The notes beneath the pieces were generated by a model. It worked only from the letters and a program-made list of their open reading frames with translations. It was not told the DNA's origin and did not search any database. Source: Macrostomum lignano (Eukaryota). From it: 64,000 nt of DNA. Shown in pieces: positions 37,602 through 50,408 of this stretch. The stretch lies in the NCBI GenBank assembly GCA_002269645.1, contig NIVC01001106.1:62001-126000 (forward strand), in the 5' to 3' direction. The translations under genes and the position numbers were made by a program. Position 1 is the first letter of the stretch, and every line of letters begins with the position of its first letter.

Positions 37602-38180
37602 ATGTCAGGCACAGGTGTTCAGCTGCCGTTTTTTCAACCGTCTCTACAGAAACAGTCAGCTAGCAACGGAACCGTTGTCGGCAACTACAGCATGCCGCCG
37701 CTGGACCCTCGCTGGGTGAACTGCTCCCATCACTGGAAGAGTCGGACCCATTCAAGCGACACTGCCGCTATGCGTCGGTTTTATGTCTGCATGAACGCCA
37801 GCGAACTCTTAGCGGTATTCGATTCGACTAAACACGAATTGACTGACACGAGAAATAGGGAGTTCCCGATTTTGGTTGGCATCATCAGCGTCTACGCCTT
37901 GTTCATCCTGTTCGGCACATTCGGCAATGGCATGGTCATCTACACGGTGCTGAGGAACCGGCACATGCAGACGGCCAGGAACCTGTTCATCGTGAACCTG
38001 GCCGTGTCCGACTTCACCCTCTGCGCCGTCACGCAGCCGCTCAATATTATTCGACTGTTTCAATACTATGTCGGCTGGCCACTGGGAATGGCATTGTGCA
38101 AGATGGCAAACATGCTGACTGGAGTGAACATGTTTGTGTCTGCTTTCTCCATCACGGCTGTGGCTCTTGATCGGTTCAGG
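37602..38180 (+). CDS. Class A neuropeptide GPCR, NPY/NPF-receptor-like, exon 1 (N-terminus to TM3)
   Basis: N-glycosylation sequons NGT/NYS/NCS/NAS; TM1 GTFGN; RNLFIVNLAVSD; WPLG..LCK; ALDRF; donor GTGAGT at 38181; phase 0. Confidence 0.92.
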
Positions 38181-38249
38181 GTGAGTTCTGCTCAATTCGA
38201 TCATGCTTAGTTCAGTCCTGCTCTTGTAACTGAAATACAATAATAATGA

Positions 38250-38492
38250 CTGATTACACCTGCCCCAATGGATGTGCAACCGACAGCTCAGCCGCAGCTA
38301 TTGCGCGGCGAATCTGAAGGCTGCGTACGGCTGTTCAGTCCAAGGACTGGGGGGTCGCCACACACAGCCTCAATTACCCCAGCTAATGCTGGCACCCATT
38401 TTACAGCTGGCTGAACTGAAGCAATGCAGAGTTAAGTTGTCTTGCTCAAGGGAATCAAACCTCCGACCTTCAAGTCATGAGTCCGACGCTCT
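38250..38492 (-). mobile_element. tRNA-derived SINE, family A (head partly truncated)
   Basis: Reverse complement aligns with 49089-49365. Confidence 0.85.
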
Positions 38493-38596
38493 GTCTGTCC
38501 ACTGTCCAGTCCTTCAGAGTAAGGCAGAAGTTGTTTTAAAAGAGAGACACCATCTGTTAATCCGATCTGACAGATACTGCATTCGGTCTAAACTAT

Positions 38597-38951
38597 GGGG
38601 CCGTAGCCTAGCGGTAGCGCAGCTGCTCTGATGTACCAGCGGCCCAGGATCGATTCCAAGTGCAGTCACATTAATTTGGGGCTAAATTGGAATCTTGGCT
38701 TGGCTCTGCTCGTGCAATTAACACCCTTGAAGGCCATCCTCCAAGGCACAGTGAAGTGTACATGCCTAACGATAAATAAAGTTAGTGCCGCTGTGCACTC
38801 CTGTGTGAGTGTGTGCCTGTGCGTATGACTGCGTACGTATCCGCGCGCTTGTGTGCTTGCAGCGCATGGGCAGTAATGCCTCTCGCCGGTTGTGTGACAA
38901 TGTCGCTTAAAGTGCGCCAGGGTGCACACAGCCAATGCCTCTAATAAAAAA
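38597..38951 (+). mobile_element. tRNA-derived SINE, family B, copy 2 (internal deletion)
   Basis: ggggccgtagcctagcggtag head, ggatcgattcc B box, tctaataaaaaa tail. Confidence 0.85.
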
Positions 38952-40059
38952 CAATGGTCGAAACTCTAAGCAGCTACCTATAGATTTGATGGAGCTTCAG
39001 TTTAAGAAGCGTCACTTTAGCAATGCATTTTTTAGCGAGCAGTCAGGTCCATTCCGCTCCACCTGCACAGCGGCCCTCACTTTCTCATGGTGAAACAGTG
39101 TGTGTACACACTCTGTGCTGTTGTGGTTGGCCTCTCATGAGCGAGAATCACACAAGCTGCAAATTAATGTGGTCGCAGCGGCAGAGCAGAGCTACTCCAG
39201 CTCGCACATACCCCCAGTGTACAAGGGATTTAGCAACCTGTCAGTCAAGAGCCCCACTGTGCGGGTAGCACGAGGCACGCACAGCTCCGAGGTGGCTATC
39301 AACATTGTGCTTGAGTCTCACCTGCAATACGTGAAGTGTTTATAAATGGGAAAGACAGGCAAGGCGCAGAAGTAGCGCGCAGCTTGAAATGGAACAGCAG
39401 CTCCCCAGTAAAAATTCAATTTAGCTCAAAACTAAAACGCTGCAGGATTTGCTCAAAGCCGCTTGCCGTCTGAAAATCTTTAAACCCGCCATTTTCAGGG
39501 ACTCGGCATTGCGGCTGTCTCCCTCTCCGTCTCCCACTCACTCTAACACGCGCTCGTCCTCTCTAAGAGTGAGCTGGCCTCATTCCCGGTTGAAATTCAG
39601 CTCAAGCCAAAGCCGCTCTTCTGCTCCAACAGAGAAAATAGTGGGATATGACAGCTGCCCTTCTTCTCCCACACCTCCGCTCGCTCTTTCTGCATGCAGT
39701 TCCTCCTCCTTGTCCTCCCAATCAGCGCCCAATTGAACTGATCCCCAGATCTCTTGGGGTGGCCGAATATCGCAGAATTGTTTCTTAGAACTTCACACCT
39801 CCCTCTCCCTAAATGGAGAGCTTGATTGAACTGGACAGACCGCCTACGCTCAGCCTACAGCGGGTATACTTTCGGCAGAACTAAGACAAGCGCTGATTTG
39901 AGTAGCCAACATACTTAAGCCGCGCATGAGAAGTACAAAATGGATTTTGAAAAACACACTTCTGCTTGATCGCTACTTGCCAACCTGCGAACGAGAGGAC
40001 TTCTGTCGGCTTGCTCTCAACTGTCTCGTCTGGCTTTATCTGAGATCTCAACACGCTTT

Positions 40060-40480
40060 CATCCTATCCCTCATCTCTCTCATCTGTCTCATCTATCCAA
40101 TCTCTTGTCACTCTTTTTCATCTCTCTAACCTCACTAGTCTCTCTCTTATCTCTCTCACCTCTCTCATCTCTCATATCTCTCATCTCTCTCATCTCGTAT
40201 CTCTCCCTCTCATCTCTCTCTCATCTCTCTCTGATCTCTCTAATCTGTCTCTCATCTCTAATGTCTCTCATATCTTTCATCTCTCTCTTTCTCATCTCTC
40301 TCATCTCTCTCATCTCTCTCATCTCTCTCATCTTTCTCATCTCTCTAATCTCTCTCATCTCTCTCATCTCTCTCATCTCTCTCTCATCTCTCATCTCTCA
40401 CCTTCCTCTAATATCTCTTTTATCTCTCATCTCTTTCATCCGTCTCATCTGTCATCTCTCTCTCGTCTCCCGTCTCTCTA
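40060..40480 (+). repeat. Degenerate pyrimidine-rich (TCTCTCA)n repeat
   Basis: Read directly. Confidence 0.9.
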
Positions 40481-42002
40481 GCTGCAGTATTGCTGCAGCA
40501 CCACTCACCCAGTCCGCCTATCAACACGGCCGACTGTGTTCCTCGAAAGCATTTCTTTTTTCAACGTTGAGAAGCTCTCGTCAGTCCCGTCGTGATTTGA
40601 ATGCGCTGTCCATCTGCTCAGCGCTCTCCCACGAGGGTGGAATCTATTTCGGCTTTATTAGAAGGCAGCTGGGCTCTCATCTCAAATCCACTGCAGAACG
40701 TCCAACGTATTTTCCAACTAAATCTCGAATTATTTGGGCAAGAGAAGGCTTTCAGTCATTTTTTCCGCTCCCATAAGCTGGATAATTCCCGGCGGATATG
40801 AAATTTTCTTCTATGAGCGCGTCTCGCATAGATTTCTTCTATAAAAGATTCTCAGAAAGGATTTAAACCCTTGTATTTTTGTCAGTTGAAGACGAATTTA
40901 CTCCGTAATTGCTCGCGCGGTCGTGCGCGAGCAAAGCCGAATCGAGGAACGAAAGGAGGCTGTAATATTTTTCCTGAGAGACAAATTTCGGTACAACAGC
41001 AGAAGAAAATAAAGAGAGATTTCTCAAGCAGCTTGTCTGGAGCATCCCGGACACGGGCTGACTTCTACTTTTTTTGCCTTAGTCTTGCCCTCGCTACTAT
41101 CTAAAATGGAGCGTTGGTCACGAACGCCAAGTCTCCGAGAGCAGCTTCTCCAAGTATCCTTTTAATTAGAAGCAATTGTGCTGCAAAAAAGTTGGAGGAA
41201 TAAGACGCACCAGAGAGCTCCTCCGGCCAAACAATTTGTATCAAATAGGATTGCCGATAAAGGAGGCCGTGCCGCGGCTTACACTTGATCCCATCAGCCC
41301 GCCGGGCCCCCTCGGGGCGGTACATGGTGGACGGGGCGTTGATTGCATTAGCCTTGACGCTAATCAGGTTTCCCGCTTCCCTGCTTCCTGCTTCTTCCCT
41401 GCCTACAGTGAAAGGCAGCTATGCGGTCGGGCAGGGACACCTTCAACGAGACCGCATAGTGTCTCGTGGGCAAGTTGTCCTTGGATTCGAGAGCCGCCGT
41501 GACACTCCTGATTACGCGACCAACCGAGACAGGTCGCTAACTCGATCTGCTTTGCCTTCTTCCTCTCCATTCGATCTACGCTTCTCGTCCCGAGCACGGA
41601 TACAAAAAGAAAAGAAATTAGTTCAATTAACAACTTTTCTTTTTGGCAGCTTCTGCTACTAGAGGCAAAGTCTGCGAAATAGCATATACTAAGTGCTGTA
41701 GGTGGCCTAGCTGGCGTGATGCTAACGTGACTTAGCAACCCGACCCCTCTGCAGACGAGTTTGTTTTGCCGTTTCCGCCCTTGCCGGGTCCAGGATGCAC
41801 CACACGGAAAGGAAAGATAGGAGATCCTTTTCATTAATCACAGGGACTTATTGGTACACTATTATTCCTTTAAGATGAAATGAACGAAGTCTGCAACTAC
41901 GGCGACCTGTCCCCCTTTAACGATACTTCATGGACTTAGTGTTAGCGTTATTTTAGGATTTAATCCAGCCAAAAATAGGTCAGAAAGGAGAAAAAGAGTC
42001 AG

Positions 42003-42610
42003 ATGGGAGATAAGGACAGAATGGAGATAAGGGACAGTAGGAAGATAAGGACAGAATGGACATAAGGACAGACAGAAGGGAGATAAGGACAGAAGGGAGA
42101 TAAGGACAGAAGGGAGATAAGGACAGAAGGGAGATAAGGACAGAAGTGAGATAAGGACAGAAGGGAGATAAGGACAGAAGTGAGATAAGGACAGAAGGGA
42201 GATAAGGACAGAAGGGAGATAAGGACAGAAGGGAGATAAGGACAGAAGGGAGATAAGGACAGAAGGGAGATAAGGACAGAAGGGAGATAAGGACAGAAGG
42301 GAGATAAGGACATAAGGGAGATAAGGACAGAAGGGAGATAAGGACAGAAGGGAGATAAGGACAGAAGGGAGATAAGGACAGAAGGGAGATAAGGACAGAA
42401 GTGAGATAAGGACAGAACTGAGATAAGGACAGAAGGGAGATAAGGACAGAAGGGAGATAAGGACAGAAGGGAGATAAGGACAGAAGGCAGATAAGGACAG
42501 AGGAGAGATAAGGACAGAGGAGAGATAAGGACAGAAGGGAGATAAGGACAGAATGGAGATAAGGACAGAGAGAAAAGGACAGAAGGGAGATAAGGACAGA
42601 CAGAAGGGAA
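42003..42610 (+). repeat. 17-bp purine-rich minisatellite (gggagataaggacagaa), ~35 copies
   Basis: Read directly. Confidence 0.96.
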
Positions 42611-43530
42611 ATAAAATCCAGCAGTGCGGGGGAAAGGGAGGTAGTAAGGGAGAGATTTCTAAGCTTAATTTCAGCGGTGATAGTGCTGCAATATTGCAAG
42701 AAAGTAGCTCGCACCTCGGTGGGAAGAAAAGTTGCTATCCGCATAAATTTTAGATTTCGTGACAAATTAGAACTCTGAGCCTTGATCCTGACAAGGTTTA
42801 AGCGAGTCGAGAAGGCGGCAGGCTAGCACGTGACTCGCCTCAGAAATAAATGGTTAGGATGGGTATACGATCCCTGCAGCTTCTGTATTGCTGCTTTCAA
42901 CTCGTCACGCATCTCAGTTTAGCAAAGGCTCAAGCTCTCTCTCGTGCAGAGGAGCTATATTATATGCAATTGCAGCTAAATTTGACATTTTGGCGACCTA
43001 AGCATGATTCTGCGTCTACCTGCGTGTGCGGCCTTTGTGTCTCAGTGTGTCCCAAAATTTTTACATCTAGAGCCAAATAAAGAGTCTAGATCATTGCTGT
43101 GGGTTTAGGTGAGAAAGAAATGGGGAATAGATCAAAGAAAAGAGGAGAGAGGAGATGAGAGATGAGAGGTGAGAGGCGAGATGAGAGGAGACGTGAGAGG
43201 AGAGAGAAGACAGAAGAGGGGAGAGAGGAGAGGAGACAATAGACAAACGATGAGCAAGCGGATTTAATGGACCCGAGGGCCGGATAGAGAGGCTTCAAGG
43301 CCCCATGTGGCCGGCGGACCGGATTTTGCCGACTCCTGCTTTAATTAAAGTAAATAGAACTAATTTTAGGTTGCTTTCAACAAAATTTTTAAGGTAAAAA
43401 CACCTTGACTGACGCAGCGCTGGTTGTGGGACGATTTATCGCCAAAGGCGTTGCGACAGGGTGCCTGCAGCCCTCCTGCAAATATTTTATTTACTTTTAC
43501 AAGGCACCCCGCTCTCCCGACTCCGAGCAG

Positions 43531-44418
43531 GTGATCCTGTACCCGACACGGACCCAGATCAGCAAGACCAACCTGGCCCTGACCCTGCTGTGCATCTGGG
43601 GCTCCGCCTGTCTGGTCGCCAGCCCGCTGGCCGTCTTTGCCACCAACGACTTCAACAAGCTGATGATCCCGCCGGTGAACCTGTGCATGGAGAGCCCGGA
43701 GAGCTGGCTGGTCAAGCTGGTGTACAGCATCGCCGCCATGCTGCTGCAGTCGGTCCTGCCGCTGACCATCGTGTCCGCGGCTTACGCTGTCATCTACCAT
43801 CGCATGCAGCAGCGCGCCCGCCAGACCAAGGAGCGGCGCGCCCTGACCGCCGCCACCGGGGTTGCCGCCGAGCGCGCCGCCGCCGAAGCGATGCGACAGC
43901 GCCGGGCCACTGGCCTACTGGTTGCCATCAGCGTCACCTTCGGCATCAGCTGGCTGCCGTTGAGCGTCGGCAACGTCATTCACGATTGGCGCTATTTCCG
44001 CGCACCGAAGCAGCTCCAGGAGTGGAAGAACGGCCCGCCAGCCTCCGAGTCCAGCAGCAACAGCAACATCCTGATTGTGGCCTCTCAGTGCGCCACTCTG
44101 CTCATCGTGCTGGTGTCCGCCTGTCTCAATCCCATCTTCTACGGCTGGTTCAACGAGAATTTTCAAACGGAGTTCCAACGGATGCTCTGCTCGAGTCGGC
44201 TGGCCGTGGGCAGGTTCAAGTTTCAGCAGCCGCAGACGCAGCAGAAGGAAAAGCAGCAGCAGCAGCAGCAGCAGCAGGAGCAGCAACCAGAGGTCATTCC
44301 ACTGGCTTGTCTAGACGCCAATGGCGACGCCAAGGACAGCGGCGACGGCGACGAGGGCGGAAAAGTCCTGCTGACCGTGGCGGAGGTGGAGCCATCGCTT
44401 GAAAGCGGTTTCGTTTGA
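43531..44418 (+). CDS. NPY/NPF-receptor-like GPCR, exon 2 (TM4-TM7, poly-Q tail; spliced product ~488 aa)
   Basis: gcAG at 43529-43530 gives DRFR-VILYPT (compare DRYQVIVYPT in NPFR); LPLTIVSAAY, FGISWLPL and SACLNPIFYGWFNENF; TGA ends at 44418. Confidence 0.92.
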   Translation: MILYPTRTQISKTNLALTLLCIWGSACLVASPLAVFATNDFNKLMIPPVNLCMESPESWLVKLVYSIAAMLLQSVLPLTIVSAAYAVIYHRMQQRARQTKERRALTAATGVAAERAAAEAMRQRRATGLLVAISVTFGISWLPLSVGNVIHDWRYFRAPKQLQEWKNGPPASESSSNSNILIVASQCATLLIVLVSACLNPIFYGWFNENFQTEFQRMLCSSRLAVGRFKFQQPQTQQKEKQQQQQQQQEQQPEVIPLACLDANGDAKDSGDGDEGGKVLLTVAEVEPSLESGFV

Positions 44419-44552
44419 TTTATTAGATCGGTGAAATTTTGCAACCAGAGATTTCTTTCTGTGTCGTATTTTTATTTTTGCTTCTGTTTTGCTTTATTTG
44501 TAGAATTCTTGTCCAGTTGGTCTGTTGTAAGTATGCGAAGCGAGTAAATACT

Positions 44553-44857
44553 AACTGATTGAACCTGCCCAAATGGCCAGATGTGCAACCGACAGCTCAG
44601 CCGCAGCTATTGCGCGGCGCATCTGAAGGCTGCGTACGGCTGTTCAGTCCAAAGACTGGGGGGGGGGGGTCGCCACACACACCCTCAATTACCCCAGCTA
44701 ATGCTGGCACCCATTTTACAGCTGGGTGAACTGAAGCAGTGCAGAGTTTAGTGTCTTGCTCAAGGACACAAATCGTTCCGAGTGGGATCGGGATTCGAAC
44801 ACCCGTCCTTTCAGTCGTAAGTAGACCCGACGTTCTAACCACTGGGCTACAATCCCC
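44553..44857 (-). mobile_element. tRNA-derived SINE, family A, full head
   Basis: Minus strand: TAGCCCAGTGG A box and GTTCGAATCCC B box, then gtgtccttgagcaagacact..cagttcacccagctgtaaaatgg. Confidence 0.88.
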
Positions 44858-45569
44858 TCCAGGGACAACTCAATAAATATATTGATAAGGCTGGTATCTA
44901 CTCGAGTGTTGCGGTTAGCATAGCACCAATTGATGATGATTTACCATCATAGACAGTCTCTACACACTGAATCAATGGTCTTTTGGCCATAGACATCCAC
45001 AATTCTCTTTGTAGTCGGCCCTAAGCATGTTGAAACAAAGTTGAAGCTAGCTTGCTGAGAATGTCTTTGGCCAAAAGCCCATTGATTCAGTGCAAAGACA
45101 GCGGATGGGCACGAAATGCGGCTCACGTGTGGTTGATGCGCAAAATCTGCTCTAAAGTGCTTTAACTGTCGCTCCCGTCAAGCAAGTAATTTGTAGCTAC
45201 CATTATGAGCAAAGCCGTGATTGTATGGCACGCTTTTAAGCTAGTTCAGATATTAATGTATAATGTATATTAAACATACATTTGCAAATTCACATCGTAA
45301 GTACGAGTAGGTACAGATTTTTTTGTCGAATGTACTGGAGATATAGGTGTTCTGGATTTATTCTGTGTATTGCTAATCTTATGCGCTTAGAAAATGCAAG
45401 TTAACAGAAATTGTGCACCCATACGCGTAACTCTTAGTGTTTTCAGATTATATATTGCCTCCTGCCCTGCGTTCCTGTTTTTGCTTGATAAACCGCTTTT
45501 TTCAAATAGCACTGCATACTTTATATTTGGTTCGAATTGCTTCGCTTCGTGCTTCTCCTGCTTTCTTCT

Positions 45570-45740
45570 CTTTTCTCTCTCTCCTCTCCTCTCTACTCTT
45601 TCCGCTCTCATCTCTCCTCTCTTCTCTCGTCTCTCGTCTCTCCTCTCTCCCTTCTCCTCTCTTCTCTCTTCTCTCCTCTGTCCTCTCCTCTCTACTCTTT
45701 CCGCTCTCATCCCTCCTCTCTCCTCTCGCCTCTATCCCGT
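45570..45740 (+). repeat. CT-rich compound repeat (purine-strand counterpart at 43135-43240)
   Basis: Read directly. Confidence 0.8.
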
Positions 45741-46084
45741 TCCGTCCCCGCCCTACGGTACTGCTCTCTCAGCAAAATAGTTCAATGCCAGTCCGCAAGT
45801 TTTGTCACAAAGGTTTTTGAAGTTTTAAAACAAATTTCAACGATCGATATAAACATGCTCGCATGATTTTTATTTTAAAAAACTTGTTTTGTTATCGTTG
45901 TCAAAACAATTCCATCTGTTATTACGATAATATAGCATTGCCCGAAATACCGAGGATAAATCTGCAATAGAACACAATGGATGTTTTTAAGTCCACGCAC
46001 TTTGATGGAATCTAAACTCAAAGATAATTCTTTTAAGTTATATATTCTTATTGATTAGGTCACTTTGCTTTAGCAATATAATCA

Positions 46085-48660
46085 ACCAGTATATCAGACA
46101 GTCCTAATTCATGTCAAACTGTCAGTTAAATAGTCAGCTAGCATATCAGAAAGTCCTAATTCATGTCAAACTGTCAGTTAAATAGTCCGCTAGCATGTCA
46201 GACAGTCCTGATTCATGACAAACTGTCAGTTAAATAGTCAGCTAGCATGTCAGACAGTCCTGATTCATGTCAAACTGTCAGTTAAATAGTCAGCTAGCAT
46301 GTCAGACAGTCCCAAATTCATATCAAACTGTCAGTTAAATAGTCAGCTATCATGTCAGACAGTCCTAATTCATGTCAAACTGTCAGTTAAATAGTCAGCT
46401 AGCATATCAGACAGTCCTAATTCATGTCAAACTGTCAGTTAAACAGTCAGCTAGCATGTCAGACAGTCCTAATTCATGACAAACTGTCAGTTAAATAGTC
46501 AGCTAGCATGTCAGACAGTCCCAAATTCATGTCAAACTGTCAGTTAAATAGTCAGCTAGCATGTCAGACAGTCCCAAATTCATATCAAACTGTCAGTTAA
46601 ATAGTCAGCTATCATGTCAGACAGTCCTAATTCATGTCAAACTGTCAGTTAAATAGTCAGCTAGCATATCAGACAGTCCTAATTCATGTCAAACTGTCAG
46701 TTAAATAGTCAGCTATCATGTCAGACAGTCCTAATTCATGACAAACTGTCAGTTAAACAGTCAGCTAGCATGTCAGACAGTCCTAATTCATGTCAAACTG
46801 TCAGTTAAATAGTCAGCTAGCATGTCAGACAGTCCTAATTCATGACAAACTGTCAGTTAAACAGTCAGCTAGCATGTCAGACAGTCCTAATTCATGTCAA
46901 ACTGTCAGTTAAATAGTCAGCTAGCATGTCAGACAGTCCTGATTCATGTCAAACTGTCAGTTAAATAGTCAGCTAACATGTCAGACAGTCCTAATTCATG
47001 TCAAACTGTCAGTTAAATAGTCAGCTAGCATGTCAGACAGTCCTGATTCATGTCAAACTGTCAGTTAAATAGTCAGCTAGCATGTCAGACAGTCCTAATT
47101 CATGTCAAACTGTCAGTTAAATAGTCAGCTAGCATGTCAGACAGTCCTGATTCATGTCAAACTGTCAGTTAAATAGTCAGCTAGCATGTCAGACAGTCCT
47201 AATTCATGTCAAACTGTCAGTTAAATAGTCAGCTAGCATGTCAGACAGTCCTGATTCATGTCAAACTGTCAGTTAAATAGTCAGCTAGCATGTCAGACAG
47301 TCCTAATTCATGTCAAACTGTCAGTTAAATAGTCAGCTAGCATGTCAGACAGTCCTAATTCATGTCAAACTGTCAGTTAAATAGTCAGCTAGCATGTCAG
47401 ACAGTCCTGATTCATGTCAAACTGTCAGTTAAATAGTCAGCTAGCATGTCAGACAGTCCTAATTCATGTCAAACTGTCAGTTAAATAGTCAGCTAGCATG
47501 TCAGACAGTCCTGATTCATGTCAAACTGTCAGTTAAATAGTCAGCTAGCATGTCAGACAGTCCTAATTCATGTCAAACTGTCAGTTAAATAGTCAGCTAG
47601 CATGTCAGACAGTCCTGATTCATGTCAAACTGTCAGTTAAATAGTCAGCTAGCATGTCAGACAGTCCTAATTCATGTCAAACTGTCAGTTAAATAGTCAG
47701 CTAGCATGTCAGACAGTCCTGATTCATGTCAAACTGTCAGTTAAATAGTCAGCTAGCATGTCAGACAGTCCTAATTCATGTCAAACTGTCAGTTAAATAG
47801 TCAGCTAGCATGTCAGACAGTCCTGATTCATGTCAAACTGTCAGTTAAATAGTCAGCTAGCATGTCAGACAGTCCTAATTCATGTCAAACTGTCAGTTAA
47901 ATAGTCAGCTAGCATGTCAGACAGTCCTAATTCATGTCAAACTGTCAGTTAAATAGTCAGCTAGCATGTCAGACAGTCCTGATTCATGTCAAACTGTCAG
48001 TTAAATAGTCAGCTAGCATGTCAGACAGTCCTAATTCATATCAAACTGTCAGTTAAATAGTCAGCTAGCATGTCAGACAGTCCTAATTCATGTCAAACTG
48101 TCAGTTAAATAGTCAGCTAGCATGTCAGACAGTCCTGATTCATGTCAAACTGTCAGTTAAATAGTCAGCTAGCATGTCAGACAGTCCTAATTCATGTCAA
48201 ACTGTCAGTTAAATAGTCAGCTAGCATGTCAGACAGTCCTAATTCATGTCAAACTGTCAGTTAAATAGTCAGCTAGCATGTCAGACAGTCCTAATTCATA
48301 TCAAACTGTCAGTTAAATAGTCAGCTAGCATGTCAGACAGTCCTAATTCATGTCAAACTGTCAGTTAAATAGTCAGCTAGCATGTCAGACAGTCCTGATT
48401 CATGTCAAACTGTCAGTTAAATAGTCAGCTAGCATGTCAGACAGTCCTAATTCATATCAAACTGTCAGTTGAATAGTCAGCTAGCATGTCAGACAGTCCT
48501 AATTCATGTCAAACTGTCAGTTAAATAGTCAGCTAGCATGTCAGACAGTCCTAATTCATGTCAAACTGTCAGTTAAATAGTCAGCTAGCATGTCAGACAG
48601 TCCCAAATTCCCAAGGGTCCTAAAGTCCCAAATTATCAAACTGTCAGTTACATAGTCAAG
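46085..48660 (+). repeat. 52-bp tandem satellite, ~49 copies
   Basis: Unit gtcagacagtcctaattcatgtcaaactgtcagttaaatagtcagctagcat. Confidence 0.98.
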
Positions 48661-49088
48661 ATAGTTTGTCAGAATCTTTTTTTGTTTGAGTGAAAATGTC
48701 AGGAAAACCTTGAAGAATTTCGAACGTCAAAATAGAGTTGCAATCAGCTTTACTCTCTCCTAGAAGAAGACTTACTCAGTTTTCTCTCGCGCTTTACCCA
48801 AACAGTTGGGAATGAAAAAAAAAGTAGTTTTTTTTCTCCGAAGCCCCTCTGCGGCAACTGGGGAACCCGCCTGTATGGCTGAAATGAAGTCACAGTCACG
48901 CTTCGCTGCACCAAATCATTCGATTTAGTTACTCTATTTTCGAAGCCTTTGATCAGTGGAACTCTATTGAAGCCTACAGGTAGATCTGTAGGATCTGCTG
49001 CTGATGTTTTCTCCCGTTTTGCTACTGCATTAATTAGTTATTTCATTTTAGTGCTTTCTTTTCTCTCATTTCTCTTATGTATTTTTAA

Positions 49089-49365
49089 GGGGGTTGTAGC
49101 CTATAGCGGTAAGAGCGTCGGACTCACGACTTGAAGGTTGGAGGTTCGATTCCTTGAGCAAGACACTTTACTCTGCATTGTTTCAGTTCACCCAGCTGTA
49201 AAATGGATGCCAGCATTAGCTGGGGTAATTGAGGCTGTGTGTGGCGACCCCCCAGTCCTTGGACTGAACAGCCGTACGCAGCCTTCAGATGCGCCGCGCA
49301 ATAATAGCTGCGGCTGAGCTGTCGGTTGCACATCTGCACATTAGGGCAGGTGCAATCAGTTAGTA
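49089..49365 (+). mobile_element. tRNA-derived SINE, family A
   Basis: tagcctatagcgg A box and ggttcgattcc B box, followed by the same body as the 44553 and 38250 copies. Confidence 0.88.
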
Positions 49366-50408
49366 TTTTTAACTTTGTCGGCTCCGGCTTGACATATTCA
49401 CAAAACGAGGAGGATGGCAGTTTCTACAAAGACCTAAAACGAAATTTTAGCTTCCGCAAAGACCCGAAATGGAGTTTTAGCTTCTAAATAAAAGATTTAT
49501 AGTTGCCACTCCCTCTGAAACGTCTGCCAAAACTCTATTTCAGCTCTTTGAAAAAAAGCAAATTTTTCTTTTTAGGTTTTCATCAATCCAGATGAACTTT
49601 GGTGTCGTTAAAAACTAAGTGAGTTATTTCAAAAATCAAGAACAAAAGCGGGGGCTCAAGTTCAAACTAGTGTATTGTTGTATATGACATTGCATTAGGG
49701 TGGGTTGAGTGCAGATAAGAAAAGGAGGTGGGGAGTGCGCGACTGAGGAAACAGGCGAGATTGAAGAGCCAATCAGAGGGCAGCGAGGGAAAGAAATGCG
49801 AATAACAAGACTAGATAGACATGAGGGAGCGAAAACAGAGTAAAGCAGGGGTCCGCAAACTTCAGCGAAGCCTCTCTGTCCGCCCTCGAGTCTTTAAAAA
49901 AACTTTACTACAATGGCAATCCGGCCAGCTCAATGTCTTGTCTCAGCTCTTCTCTCCTCGCTCCCCTCTTCTCTCATCCCAAATCTTATCTCATCTCCTC
50001 ATCCTCTCAGTGAGAACTAAAAGACCAAAGATCCCTTACGAGAAAGTAGAGTTGGGGTGGGGGTTTTCGGGGTTTTGCACACTTTTAAGTTAGTTTTCAG
50101 CCAGTATTAATTTACAAAAAACTAATTTTTGTCAATCATAATGCACCAGCCTTCAATATTAATTTGAAAATACGAATTATTCATATCAACATACAGCTTT
50201 ATGTAATTACGAGCTTTGTACATAGCAGTTGTTTTATGACTGACTTACTCTATCTATACCTGGCATTTCCATTTTTCATTTTTCATTTATTTTTTTAATG
50301 AGTGACCAATTTAGTGTTTGCAGCTAGGTACCGGGTTCGGGGTTTGGGGTTCTTGAAAAAAATTGCCATCTCGAGCAACCCTCCTAACTGCCTTGATATA
50401 TTTTACCT

